From contig NC_083421.1 in the NCBI RefSeq assembly GCF_020745735.1, forward strand, positions 64,533,001 through 64,597,000: 64,000 nt of DNA, in the 5' to 3' direction. The stretch is from Hemiscyllium ocellatum. Lineage: Eukaryota. Each line of letters starts with the position of its first letter. Within the stretch, counting starts at the first letter, position 1. Below are positions 12,039 through 24,700 of the stretch, in pieces. The notes under the pieces are model-generated. The model was not told where the DNA came from. It did not search any database and saw only the letters and a program-made list of their open reading frames with translations. The position numbers were made by a program, and so were the translations under genes.

Positions 12039-12347
12039 GATTAGATTACTTACAGTGTGGAAACAGGCCCTTCGGCCCAACAAGTCCACACCGACCCGCC
12101 GAAGCGCAACCCACCCATACCCCTACATATACCCCTTACCTAACACTACGGGCAATTTAGCATGGCCAATTCACCTGACCCGCACATCTTTGGACTGTGG
12201 GAGGAAACTGGAGCACCCGGAGGAAACCCACGCAGACACGGGGAGAACGTGCAAACTCCACACAGTCAGTCGCCTGAGGCGGGAATTGAACCCAGGTCCC
12301 TGGCGCTGTGAGGCAGCAGTGCTAACCACTGTGCCACCGTGCCGCCC
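12039..12347 (-). mobile_element. HE1-type SINE, full length
   Basis: gggcggcacggtggcacagtggttagc... head, B box gggttcaattccc, LINE-like tail. Confidence 0.9.
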
Positions 12348-13981
12348 AAAGGGCTGATGCCTAGGTCTCCCACTGCAGAACTGATATGAGTGCCATGCTG
12401 TCAGACAGTCACTGCTGAGAGAGAGCTGCATTGAAGGGTGGTACTGAAGATGCACTGTAGTGTTAGAGTCAGTGCTGTGGAAGTGCAGCACTGTCAGAGA
12501 GTCAGTGCTGAAACATTGCAACATTATCAGAGGGTCAGTACGGAGGGAGCTTTACACTATTGCAGGGTCAGTGGTACACTAGGAGAGGTGGAGTCTTTTG
12601 GACGAGATGAGGAAGAAGCCCTTCATCCATTCCTGTTCCTTGGATGCTGCTTGACCTGCTGTGCTTTTCCAGCAGCGCTCTGATTTCCAGCATCTGCAGT
12701 CCTCACTTTTGCCTAGAAATTTTTTCAGCCAGAGGGTGGTGAATCTGTGGAACCGAGTGCTACAGAGGGCTGTGGAGGCCAAATCAATAAGTGTCTTTTA
12801 GACAGAGATAGGCTGCCGATTGGTAAGGGGATCAAAAGTTACTGGGGAAGGCAGGAGAGCAGGACTAAGAAACTTATCAACCAAATTTGAATAGCAGAGC
12901 AGACTTGAAAGGGCAAGCGGCCTCACTCTGCTCCTAGCCCCACATCTTCTGACATCCCAGGCCTCCCTCTGATAGTTCTAAATGACCCTAACCTCCTTGT
13001 CAATGTTTATGCCTTAACTAATAGCTTAAATCATATGATTTGGCAATTATTATTATGTGCTGCTGGGCTTTATTACTGATGTTCCATTGCCCTTATTAGG
13101 TAATTGTGGAACTTTCCCTTCAATCAACGCAGGAAGCAACTGATTTGCCATTTTATTGAGCTATCAATCACACCCTGGGACTGGAGTTACATATAGACTG
13201 GGTCAGGCTGGCAGGTGGCTACCCATGAAAGGACTTCAGTGGGATGATAATTCAGTATCATTCTCACAAGCATATACAGAAGGCCACTTGGCCCATCTAG
13301 TCTTCTCCCCCATTTCAATAATATCATGGCTGATAAGTATACAGTTTCAAATCCATTCTCCTGTCAACCTCCAATGACCTTTGACCCTTTCATTAGCAAG
13401 GAATCCACCTTCCTCAGTCTTGAAAATACTCAAAGATGCCATCAGTCCCATGGGGAATGATCCTCACAGCAGGAAATTCTCACTTGTCTTTAATGGGAGA
13501 CACCTTGATGTTAAACTGTGTCCCTGTCTCACTCAGGACACCATACTTTCAGTATCCATTTTCAAGTCCCCTCAGGATCTTATCGGTCTTAGTAAGTTCA
13601 CTTCTTGTTCTTCTAATCTACAATACGGTGGTTTCAGACCCACTCTATCCAACCTTTCCTCATTACCTATCTCCTCCATCACACACATCAATACAGTCCC
13701 TCTAGAGGTGGTCTCAACAATGCCCTAAACACCACCAGTAAAATCTTCCTACATATTTCCCCCATTCCTCTCGCAATAAATGACAACACTCCATTTTGTC
13801 TTCCTAATCACTTGCTGTTCCTCCATATTAACTTTGTGATTTGTGTACCAGGGAACCAGATACTCAAAATTATGCAACCCATCTCCATTTAAATCGTCAT
13901 TATCACTTATTCCTGCAAAAGTGGACACATTCACATTTTCCCACATTATACTCCATCTGTGATTTGTTTACATACTCACAT

Positions 13982-14290
13982 TCGATTAGATTCGATTAGA
14001 TTCCCTACAGTGTGGAAACAGGCCCTTCGGCCCAACAAGTCCACACCGACCCGCCGAAGCGCAACCCACCCATACCCCTTACCTAACACTACGGGCAATT
14101 TAGCATGGCCAATTCACCTGACCCGCACATCTTTGGACTGTGGGAGGAAACCGGAGCACCCGGAGGAAACCCACGCAGACACGGGGAGAATGTGCAAACT
14201 CCACACAGTCAGTCGCCTGAGGCGGGAATTGAACCCAGGTCCCTGGCGCTGTGAGGCAGCAGTGCTAACCACTGTGCCACCGTGCCGCCC
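13982..14290 (-). mobile_element. HE1-type SINE, full length
   Basis: Nearly identical to 12039-12347; inserted in a decayed minus-strand LINE (~13250-14400). Confidence 0.9.
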
Positions 14291-15684
14291 TAACATCTAT
14301 AGCTGTTTGCAGCCTCATATGACCTTCTCATAACTTCATTTCCTACTTACCTTTGTCTCTTTGGGAAATTAAGCAACTATACCTTCCACCCCTTTGTCCA
14401 CGTTTACTGATGCCAGATTTATAGTCCCAGGCCTTTTCAAAACTGAACTAAAATTCTCAAGCTGCCCTTATTTGCTAGATTCCAAGGTTCCCACTGTCCA
14501 GAAACAGGACAGTCCTGTGGAATTGGCAGCGGACCGTTTAGAACATGATGTGATGCTTTCTTGTGTGATCTTTTAAAAAACACCAAGTCAGAAAGTCAGA
14601 GATTTTTTGCTCTCATTTGGAAAGGCAGGTAACTTTGGAAGAAAGAATCTGCTGAAGGCTTTTAAGAGATTAAGAGGTGGATTTTACAACTTAATAGCAA
14701 TCGTTGCTGCTCATTGTCTAGCAACAGCCTCTGGACTGAAGTGTTGCTTTTTTCAGACTGTGGCAGCTTTGTTACATCTTCGACTGGGTTACATAAATTA
14801 AACCCACTCAAAATTCACAATCATCAACATTGCAATACCACTCCAACAACTGACAGAAAACAAAACAGACAAACGTGTCAGATTTAAGTTTACTAACAAA
14901 TTCAAGCCTTACAGAATGCGACTTAGTATGTACAATTCCTGTTACCGTGTCAAACTAAAACTTCCTGTTGCTTTAAAAAAATGTTCTGCTAATCTGACAA
15001 GGTCAGGCCATGTCATTTAATACTGTTCTGGTTTACAATGAGGTTGGTTAGTGCTACACAGTTCATTGTAATGTCCATCTATTTCTAGAACTTACTACTT
15101 GCCTAGCATTCTCTCATTTAAATAGTTCACCTCCGAGAGAAACCCTCTTTCACCTTTACCCCTTGTCTATATTAGACAGACCCCTCCCATTCATACAACA
15201 CATGCTCAGTCAACAAGGGAAATTGATGTCGAACTAGATTGCAAGCTAAAAAATACTTTTCAAAAACAAAGTTGAAAATGTGTGCTGGATGGCTGGATGG
15301 GGGTCTCCCAGTGCCAGGAGATGCAGAGAGTGAAACCGGTCGATGGGTTCATTTCACCACTTCCTGCCACCTCACCCATACAACCATATATGGAGACAAC
15401 AGGCTTCATCAGATGTTGGTGGGTCAGTCTAGTTTGGGCACTGTACACCTGTAAGATGCCATTTCCTTTAAATTTTCCACAATTCCTGTCAAACACAACT
15501 AGTATAGATCGGGTCAAGCAGTGTGTGAAGTTATATTGTTGTGGTGTCTGATTATTCCAGTGTATCTGAGGTCCTGAGCTGACCCATCATGAAGGGAGGA
15601 GATACAGTTAGGACTGGACAGTGTGCTGTTCATTTCCTGACCAGCCTCTGTCTGCTGCTACTCCCCTCCCCACCCACACTGTCC

Positions 15685-15925
15685 TCAAACGGGATCAGTG
15701 CTCCCTGAGCTGTGTCCGTTCACCTGTGGTTGGGTGGTGGCATTGCTCAGAGCCACTCTGCCATTAGACTCTCCTGCAACTGTTGACGCAGACCCGGCCA
15801 TCTCCGTCACCATCTCCTCTTCGGGTGTGACCACCCCCTCCTCCTCCTCTTCCTCTTCCTCCTCCTCCTCCCCTCTCCGGTATGCTTCACAAAGTGGGAG
15901 GTCAGCACCATCCCACAGGCTGTAG
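15685..15925 (-). CDS. MED22: MED22 alternative terminal exon (long isoform)
   Basis: (S)YSLWDGADLPLCEAYRRG(E)11GVVTP...NGHSSGSTDPV*; DLPLCEAY matches the mammalian long MED22 isoform; AG at 15927-15926; phase fits the donor at 24491. Confidence 0.85.
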
Positions 15926-16677
15926 CTTGGCCAGGAAAAAACATGGTATTAAGAAAGAAGGGGAAAGGATGCAAGAACAAGTCAAGAGTACAACAAAACA
16001 TCAAGGCTGTTAGTGACAAAGAAAGGTGTGCTGGCATTTTATGGTGCCTTTAATAAAATGCTTCACAGCCAATGAGTGCACAGCAAGATCCCACAATGAG
16101 CAATGTGATAATGACCAGATCAGCAGTCTGAGTGACAAGTTAATGGCTAACTATCATCCCAGGAACACTGGGGAGATTGCTTGAGTTCCACTTCTCTGTA
16201 AAACCTTTGGATTTTTTACACCACCTGACAGGTCAGATGTGGCCTCAGCTTAATTGCTCTAGTCCGTGTGGACCCTCTGACAGCATGGCCTCTCCCTTAG
16301 CACTCACCCTCCACTGTCTTGCCCTTTCTCCATAACCCATAATTCCCTAAATGATCAAAAATCTATCTTAGAGTTAAATATCCACAAGTAATCTGTCCCT
16401 ATAGCTCTCTGTGGTAAGGAGTTCCACAGACACACAACCATCAGAGAAAAAAAATCCCTCCTCATCTCAATCTTAAATTGATGCCTTTTTATTCTGAGAC
16501 TGTACCCTCTGGTCCAGACTCGCCCATGAAGGGAAACATCCTTTCAGCATTGACCCTGGATAACCCCTTAAGATACCTATTTGTTTCAATGAGAACAACA
16601 CTCATTCTTCTAAACTCCAGTCAGTAGAGTCTCAATTTGTTCAACCATTGTTTTTAAGATACTCTCTCTCTCTATTA

Positions 16678-17240
16678 ATGAGTTTTGAGAAGATTTGTAG
16701 CTCAGGTTGAGGTTCTGGATGTAGATTTGCTCATTGAACCTCCGAATGAAGCACTGGTGGTGTAGCCCGCTTTCTAGTGATATGTAGGAGCTTCTGTGGG
16801 TTGGTGATGTCATTTCCTGTGAACATTTCCTATGGTGATGTCATTTTTTGTTCTTTTTCTCGGGGTTGGTAAATGGGAGCCAAATCAATGTGTTTGCTGA
16901 TAAGAGTTCCAGTTGGGACAACTCCTAGGACAAGCCAAACAGAGACATGCACGAGAATTCCTAGAAGCATGGCATTCCAACTGGAACTCTATCAACAAAC
17001 ACACTGACTTGGCTCCCATTTACCACCTCCGAGAAAAAGAACAAGAAATGACATCACCATAGGAAATGTTGTCACCTCAGGAAATTACATCACCAACCCA
17101 AGGAAACTCAAATATATAACTAGAAAGCAGGCTACACCACCAGTGCTTCATTTGGAAGCAGACTGAAGATGTTACCTAGTATGGTGATGAAACATCTGAA
17201 AACAAACCTTCCAGCTTAGCGAGAAAACCTACATCCAGAT
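16678..17240. mobile_element. Fold-back Penelope-derived element inserted in a CR1-type LINE remnant (16320-17980)
   Basis: ~200-bp inverted arms (16715-16915 and 16977-17240); starts gagaagatttgtagctcagg like the 11279 element; decayed hammerhead at ~17160-17198. Confidence 0.7.
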
Positions 17241-18409
17241 TCTCTCTCATCCAAGTGAATTGTCTCTGCCCCCTCCAATGAAATGACATCTTTTCTTAAA
17301 TAAAGGACTAAAACTGCTGACAGTACTCCAGATGTGGTCTCCCCAGAGCCTTGTACAGTTGTAGTAAGACTTCCCTACTCTTATACTCCAACCCCCAACA
17401 CTCCATGATGCTTCCTGATTACTGCTACTCGTGTGTTTGCTTGCTGTGTTTTGTGTACAATTCCCTGCCCCAAATCCCTGTGTTGCAGCTTTCTACAGTT
17501 TTTTCCCCATTTAAATAATAATGTGTTCTTTAGTCTCCCAAAATATACAACTTCACATCTGCCCGAATTAATCTCCATTTGCCAACATTTTGCCCAATTA
17601 CTTGTCAATATATCTCTGCCAACAGTTTGTAATATTCTTGTAATTCACTTGCAGCCTTTTTTAAAAAAAAGCTTGTTTGCAAACTTGGCTACAGTAGATT
17701 CCCATCCTTCCCCAAGTCATTAACATATATTGTAAACAGCTGTAGCCCCAGCACTGATCCCTGTGGAATCCACTAATCACTGGTTGCCAACCTGAGGATC
17801 CCCTTATTCCCACTCGCTTCTTCCTGCCCATGAGCCAATTCCCTATTCATACCAATATACTACCCGGAACACCATGGACTCAAGAAAAGCCTTATCAAAT
17901 GCCACCTGGAAATCCAAGTATTTATTATTGGGTTCCCTTTACCTACCCTGTATTGTTACCTCTCAAAACAACTAATAAGTAATGCCTTTATTCAAATACT
18001 CACACTTGGGTTTTCAACTCTCTCCATGGTCTCAAACTCATCCCAAATACCCCATTTGGACCCAGAACCCTCCAATAATTCTGAAGTCCTCAGTTCAATC
18101 AGCTGGGCTTTCTGATTTATAGACACTCAGTTCTAGAATTCTCTGCTTGAACTGCTCTGTACCTCCTGTCCCGACATGTTACTCCTAAAATTTCTCTTTT
18201 TGACTGGGCTTTTTATGAACAGACCTAATATTGCTGTGAAAGACCAGGAGATGTAGAACCATGTGGCTCAGTGTCAAACTTGATTTGTAACAATCCTGCA
18301 AAACACTTTTGGCTGTTTTATTACATAAAAGGCACAATATAAATGCAATTTGTTGTTGAATGTGGATTTGCTTTAGAAAATGAGCCATACAACAATACAG
18401 GCCAAATGA

Positions 18410-18830
18410 AAATTCCCAGGACAGGTACAGCATTGCTTCATATGATTCCTAAGTTCCCTATACACTGCAATGAAATACTCTCAGCACAAGGCCAGTACAG
18501 GGTTAGATACAGAGTAAAACTCCCTCTATTCTTTTCAACAGAAAGTAAAGCTCCCTCCACACTGTTCCTATCAAACACTCCCAGGATAAGGACAGTATGC
18601 GGTTAGATAAAGAGTAATGCTCCCTATTGACTATCCCCAAACACACTCAGGACAGGTACAGCACAGCATTAGATACAGCTCCCTCTACTCTTAACAGTAA
18701 GTTAACCTCTCTCTAAATTGTCCCCAACACTCCCATATCAGAGACAATAGCGTTAGATATAGAATAAAGTTCCCTCTACTCTTTTAACCTTTCCTCGACA
18801 CTGTCCCCAAATACTCCCAAGGTAGGTACA
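18410..18830. repeat. Diverged shark-type satellite (caggacaggtacagcac..gggttagatacagagtaaagctccctct..)
   Basis: Several decayed units of ~65-100 bp; reverse-orientation units at 60908-61107. Confidence 0.7.
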
Positions 18831-19800
18831 GTGGTGATAACTAAGAAGGATCACACATCTGACTGATAACCACCAGAAATTGGTCAGTATTTGTAACTCT
18901 AACCCTGAAATCAACAAGTGTCAATACTCATGACCCTCTTCTTCTTCCTAGTAACGATCCCCCAACCCAGCACAGCCGGAGGACAGGAGCTGGTCTGCTC
19001 AGCTTGGTTACACTCCAGGCAGTGTTTTCGCTGACTGAAATCTTCCAAGGATCTGGTCTGTGATTAAAAGGATATTTTAATTTAATTGATAAATGGCTAG
19101 TGTTTGAAAGGCAGCAGAAGCAAATAGCAGGTGCAAAGCTGAGGAATGCCAATGAGTTGATGTGAAACAGAAAGACAGAGATTGGTGATTATATGTTTTG
19201 ACTTTTATTTAGGAAGTATTTAAAATGCTGACTCGTTAAAGTGAGAGACTGGAATGTTTAATCGAATGAAGGATGCGGTTTTTAAATTTATATATAAATC
19301 TTAAAGCAAAAATAAACATAAGTACAGATATAAAAACAAATTTCATCTTGAAAATGTTGGGAACAGTGAACAAGGCACAATGACAATTATTAAATGAAAC
19401 ACTCACTATTGCAAGGCTCAATAAGTAAAAACAGATCGCAGTTTTAGTCCACACTCAATCATTGTAGCTCTGGGTGGGAGATTGAGTGACAACACCTTTT
19501 TAGATTAAAGCATGCATTTAACAGAAATGGATTCAATTACACATGAAGGAGGTGGTCACATTGATTTGAAATGGCTCATTTGGCTGAAAGGGGTTAGGGG
19601 CGTGGGATGGATACAGTTTGGGATTCTCTGACGATGATGCATCAGTGAAAGCCAGTGGCAGTTCTGCATTCTCACCTCTCCATGTCAATGTGCGTGTTTC
19701 TGTCATAACTATTTGACTGTGTGGTATCACAGCTAAACCCAACCTGATTGTTGCTAAATTGTGGACATGAGTGTGCACGTGGGAGGATTCACTAAAACTG

Positions 19801-20118
19801 GGGCAACACGATGGTTCAGTGGTTAGCACTGCTGCTTCACAGCACCAGTGACATGGGTTCGATTCCCACCTCGGGTGACTGTGCAAACTCCACACAGACA
19901 TTCCCCCCAGGGTATTGCATAGGTTTCCTCTGGGTGCTCCGGTTTCCTCCCACAATCCAAAGATCTGCAGGTTACGTGATTTGGTCATGTTAAATTGCCC
20001 ATAGTAAGGGGTAAATATAGGGTGGGGGAATGGGTCTGGGTGGGTTGCTCTTCAGAGCATCAGGACTTGTTGGACCAAATGGCCTGTTTCCACACTGTAG
20101 GGAATCTAATCTAATCTA
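19801..20118 (+). mobile_element. HE1-type SINE, older copy
   Basis: tRNA-like head and (aatct)n tail. Confidence 0.8.
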
Positions 20119-20609
20119 AAAGCTGATCAGGAATGGGAGCTCTGGCTGGGCTCCTCTCCTCCTAGCCCATTTCCCTCACTAGCTCAGGCACACGGCGTAG
20201 TTTTTAGTTTCTGATGCAGCCACAGTGGAACCCGTGAACTCAACTCAGGTTGGAACCTGGCCTCTCCATAATCTAGTGGTTGCAAACTGATCCTGAACCC
20301 AGTGGCCCAGAACAGAGGCTTCAGCAGAGGCACACAGTTACTCTTTGATTCCCAATGAAGCAAAGTTACTCACTGAACATTTGGGACTGTGATAAGACCT
20401 TAAACTGTAGAGAATGATATTACAAGCTACACACGGACAATTGCAGAAATGTACAGTGAACATACTAAAGGGGAATATTATGAGATGTATATATAACACA
20501 ACAGATTATTACAGGATGTGTGGAGAATATCCTGGCATGTACAGTTAATTTAGACTGATATATTTATGAAAGGTAACACTGAAACATGACATGATGTGTG
20601 TATAAACAA

Positions 20610-22754
20610 GGAACGAGTAGGCCATTCAGCCCTTTAAGCCTGCGCTGCCATTAAGCTCATGGTTGATCTGATTTTAACCTCGACTCTGCATTCCTCCTGA
20701 TTATCGTTCATTCCCTTGATAATCCAGAATCTAATCTGACTTAAAGATTCTGCACTCGTTGCCCTTCAGGGAATTCCAAATATTCTCAATCTCAGAAAAG
20801 TTTCCTCCTGTTTTAAATGGGCAACTCCTTGTTTTTAAGCTATAACCCCATTTCTAGATTCTCCCACAATAGGAAACGCCCTTTCCACATCTACCCAGTC
20901 AAGTCCCCTCAGGATCTTATAAATTCCAAATAAGTCACTTTTGACTCTTCCAAACTCTAAAGGATAGAGGCCGAGCCTGTCTAATCTTTTCTTGGAAGGC
21001 AAGCTGCTCATTCCAGGCAAAAGCCTGGCAAAGATTAGAGAGGTGCTGGAAAGGCACAGCAGGTCAGGCAGCATCTGATGAGCAGGAAAATCAACGTTTC
21101 GGGCAGGAGCCCTTCATCAGGAAATACCTGGAAAGCCTAGTAAACCTTAACTCTGAATTGCTTCCAACACATTAACATCCGTTCTTAAGGGCAGTGACCA
21201 GTGTTACACACAATACTCCTGATATTGTCTAACCTTTGTCCTCACAACTGAAGCATAAGCTCCCTCCTCTTGTTTTCAGTTCCCCTCGCTGTAAAACACA
21301 GCATTTGATTAGCTTTCCAGATTACTTGCTGTGCTTACACACTAACCTGCTGTGATTCTGCACTTGGACACCCACACCCCTCTGCATCCTATGACTCTGC
21401 AACCTTTCTTAGATGATATGTTCCGTTTTATTATTTCTACCAAAATGTATAATCTCATACTTTCCCATATTGCACTCTATCTGCCAGATCTTTACCCACT
21501 CACTTAACCTACTTATATCCCTTTGTCCTCTTCACAACTCACTTTCCTATCTTTGCATCGTCAGTAAATTTAACTACCAAACCTTCTGTCTCTTTATCCA
21601 AATCGTTTATATAAACGAAAGAGAAGAGGCCAGTCAGTCAAGCTTCAACCTTCCTTTCCATTTTATTACCATCCACAACATGAGCTTCTATTTTCTGGAA
21701 CAGTCTTTGATGTGGCACCTTATCAAATGCTTTCAGTAAACCTCAGCACAACATTGCTATTGGATTCACTTTACCCACTGTATAGGTGACTTGTTAAAAA
21801 GAGTTCCATTAATTAAACGTGATTTCCCTTTGACCAAATGATGTTGGCTCTGCCTAATTACCTTGACCTATTGCAGGCAATAGCAACTTCATAAGTTACA
21901 GTGCTAATATTATGGGATGTGATAAAGTCATTGAGGTCACCAGCATGGAAACAGGCCCTTCGGTCTAACCCACCCATGCTGCCCAGTTTTCACAATTAAC
22001 CTAGTCCCATTTATGTTTGGTCCATGTCCCTCCATACCTAGCCGCTTCACGTACCTGTCTAAATGTTCCTTAAATGATGAAATCGTACTCGCTTCCAGCA
22101 CTACCTCTGACAGCCCGTTCCACACACTTACCACCCTGTGTGAACCAGTGCTCATCTGGTCCGTTTTGTATCTCTCCCCTCTCACCTTAAACCCATGCCA
22201 TCTAGTTTTAGACTCCCTTAACATAGGGAAAAGCTATTAGAAGAAAGAGCAATACAGTACCAGAACAGGCCCTTTGGTACTCATTTTGACTAAAACTGTC
22301 TTCAGTTACACGATCTCTATTCCTCTGTTTTCCTATTCACGCTTCCAGGTGATTCTTGAATGCTGCGATTGTGTCTGCTTCCACCCCCTCCTCTGGCAGC
22401 ACGATTGTGTCTGCTTCCACCCCCTCCTCTGGCAGCACATTCCAGGCACTCCCCACCCTTTGTGAGAAAAACCTCCCTCACACTTCTCTTTTAAACTTCC
22501 TGCCCTGCACCTTGACCGTTACCCCCTAGTAATTCACCCCTCCATCCTGAAGTGTCGTGTGGTGACCAGAATTGTACACAATTTCTAAGCATGGCCTACT
22601 TGGAAATTGTGTACAATTCTAAAGTTAGGCCATAAGACCATAAGACATAGGAGCAGAAATTAGGCCATTCGGCCCATTGAGTCTGCTCCACCGTGAATCA
22701 TGGCTGACAAATTTCTCAACCCCATTTGTCCGCTTTCTCCCTTGATACTCAAGA

Positions 22755-22790
<36 letters not shown>

Positions 22791-23110
22791 CAGTCTTTAC
22801 TATAATCAATGACTTGGTTTCCACAGCCTTCTGTGGCAGTGAATTCCATAGATTCACCACTCTCTGGCTGAAGAAGTTCCTCCTTATCTCCATTCTATAT
22901 CCTGCTGTATCCTCTGACAATTCTCCTCACTACCTGACCATCAATCTGTGTGACATCTGTAAACTTACTAATTAGACCAGCTACATTTTCCTCCAAATCA
23001 TTTCTGTTGACTACTAGCAGCAGAGGCCCCAGCACTGATCCTTGTGGAACACCACCAGTCACAACCCTCCAATGTGATAAGAATCCTTCCACCACTACCC
23101 TCTGTCTCCT
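20610..23110 (-). mobile_element. Stack of degenerate CR1/HER1 LINE fragments, including a hammerhead mini-element (21033-21131) and a (tcta)n microsatellite
   Basis: GVPQGSVLGPLL and LISKFTDVT RT remnant at 22895-23095; RLDRLGLYPLEF; minus-strand CTGATGA a gggc-tcct-gccc GAAACGTT at 21091-21122. Confidence 0.7.
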
Positions 23111-24481
23111 ATGTTTAAGCCATCTTACTTCACGATCCCTTTATTAATATGTGGTAGTCAGAAGGAGTTGGATCATTACAAATAATGAGAGATACTTGGC
23201 AGTGGGAAGGGAAGGAAGGGATTCTGAATTAGACAATTCTGGGCCATCCTCCATCTTCAAAAGAACTATAGTGCAGAGACTCAATGCATATTGGAGAAAA
23301 TGTTGATGGTTGTTGAAGTGATTATCATATAAATAATAACACAGTCAGTCACAATACATCATTTAACTTATTATCTTCATGTGAAGGAACTGTGCATCAT
23401 TAAGGCCAGTGTTATATTACTTCAAACAAATAGAAAAATGTTTCCTCGTCAAATCTGACACAGAAGATTAGACTTGAGAAGTTTAAAGTCTGATAAACAG
23501 GGTGCTTGTACATTCATAATGTGCATGAATATCACGTTGTAGAAAAGCTAATATAAAATTTGAGATAAATAGAATCTCTTTACTAAATTGGGTAATGATT
23601 CTTTACAATAAAATTCCAGTTTATGGAGTAAAATTTCTCAGATTCTTACTGCAGTAAAAGCTGAGCAGACACTATCGCCCAATTATAAACACCTTATTTG
23701 GTTCAACATTAAAGGAGCACCTTTATAGTCCCTGATACACATAAGATGGCAGTAAGGGCAGATTCCAACAGGAGATGCTGCAGCACAGGGGGATGCTTCA
23801 CAAATTGCACTTAAGGATGTTTTAGTGAAATGTGTAGTGCCTGGGAATGTTTCATGTTTTGCTAATTGGTGAGTACTATTGTGCAGATTGCATTTAAAAA
23901 AACAGTTGCTTGGAGACATTTTGGGATGTTAGGGTTTGACTTGTGAGGAATGAATTAAATCAACGGCAATAGACACGTGGTGGGGAGACTCCATCAGTTC
24001 CCCAAAATGATTTACAATCAGGAATTGGGAATTTGTTCTGTAAAGAAGGGAAGAGGTACAAATGAATGGAACCACCATCTGCCCAGCCCCATCCTTCCCA
24101 ACACCTGATGTAATATTTGGGGTCTGGTAGATCAGGATCAATCTCAACTGAAGATGAGCTGGAAAGAGTATTAAACAGCCTCAACTAGAGCCCAAAGTCA
24201 ACCCATGTCACAATGAAAAGAGAAAGACTCGCATTTCTATTAAGTAAAAAGAAGCAGCTTAACAACAGAGGTACAGCCTCACCTATATACCATGGAACTG
24301 AGGAGTATTATAGTGTGGGATTAGAATTGTTACCGTTTGAGGAGGTTAGTGAGAGATTAGGAGTGTGTTACAGTGTAAGTGAATGAGGCTGGCTCACATT
24401 GTGGTTATGTCAGTGGTAAAAGGCACTCTGTTGTGCTTGCTCAGGGAACATTCTGGAGGCTGTGCCGAGGACAGTTGTGTG

Positions 24482-24700
24482 TTATTTGTACCTGGAGGAG
24501 TAATATTCTTCTTCCAGCTCATACAGATCGACTGCAATCTCGTCTCTCAGGGTAATCAATTTCTTGTCACATTCTTCCTGCAGATTTCGTAGTTGTTGCT
24601 TCCGCTGATTAATGGCTTCATTCACCGAGGGAAAGTCATTCAGGATCAAGAACTGTTTCAGGTCTGACACCAGCTTCATCAAAGACTCACCAGCACGCAC
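24482..24700 (-). CDS. MED22: MED22 coding exon 3 (short isoform ends YYSSRYK*; internal donor at 24491 for the long isoform)
   Basis: [33 protein letters not shown]...[15 protein letters not shown] is near-identical to vertebrate MED22; AG at 24702-24701. Confidence 0.97.
   Translation of the reverse strand: MRAGESLMKLVSDLKQFLILNDFPSVNEAINQRKQQLRNLQEECDKKLITLRDEIAVDLYELEEEYYSSRYK

Noticed and set aside
8480-15600. Expected SURF6, or another gene, between PIERCE1 and MED22
   Set aside because: No recognisable exons or protein motifs; mostly TE debris and probable MED22 3' UTR.
22366-22437. 36-bp perfect tandem duplication, and a 16-bp direct repeat at ~53907-53946
   Set aside because: Local duplications within decayed TE sequence with no sign of function.
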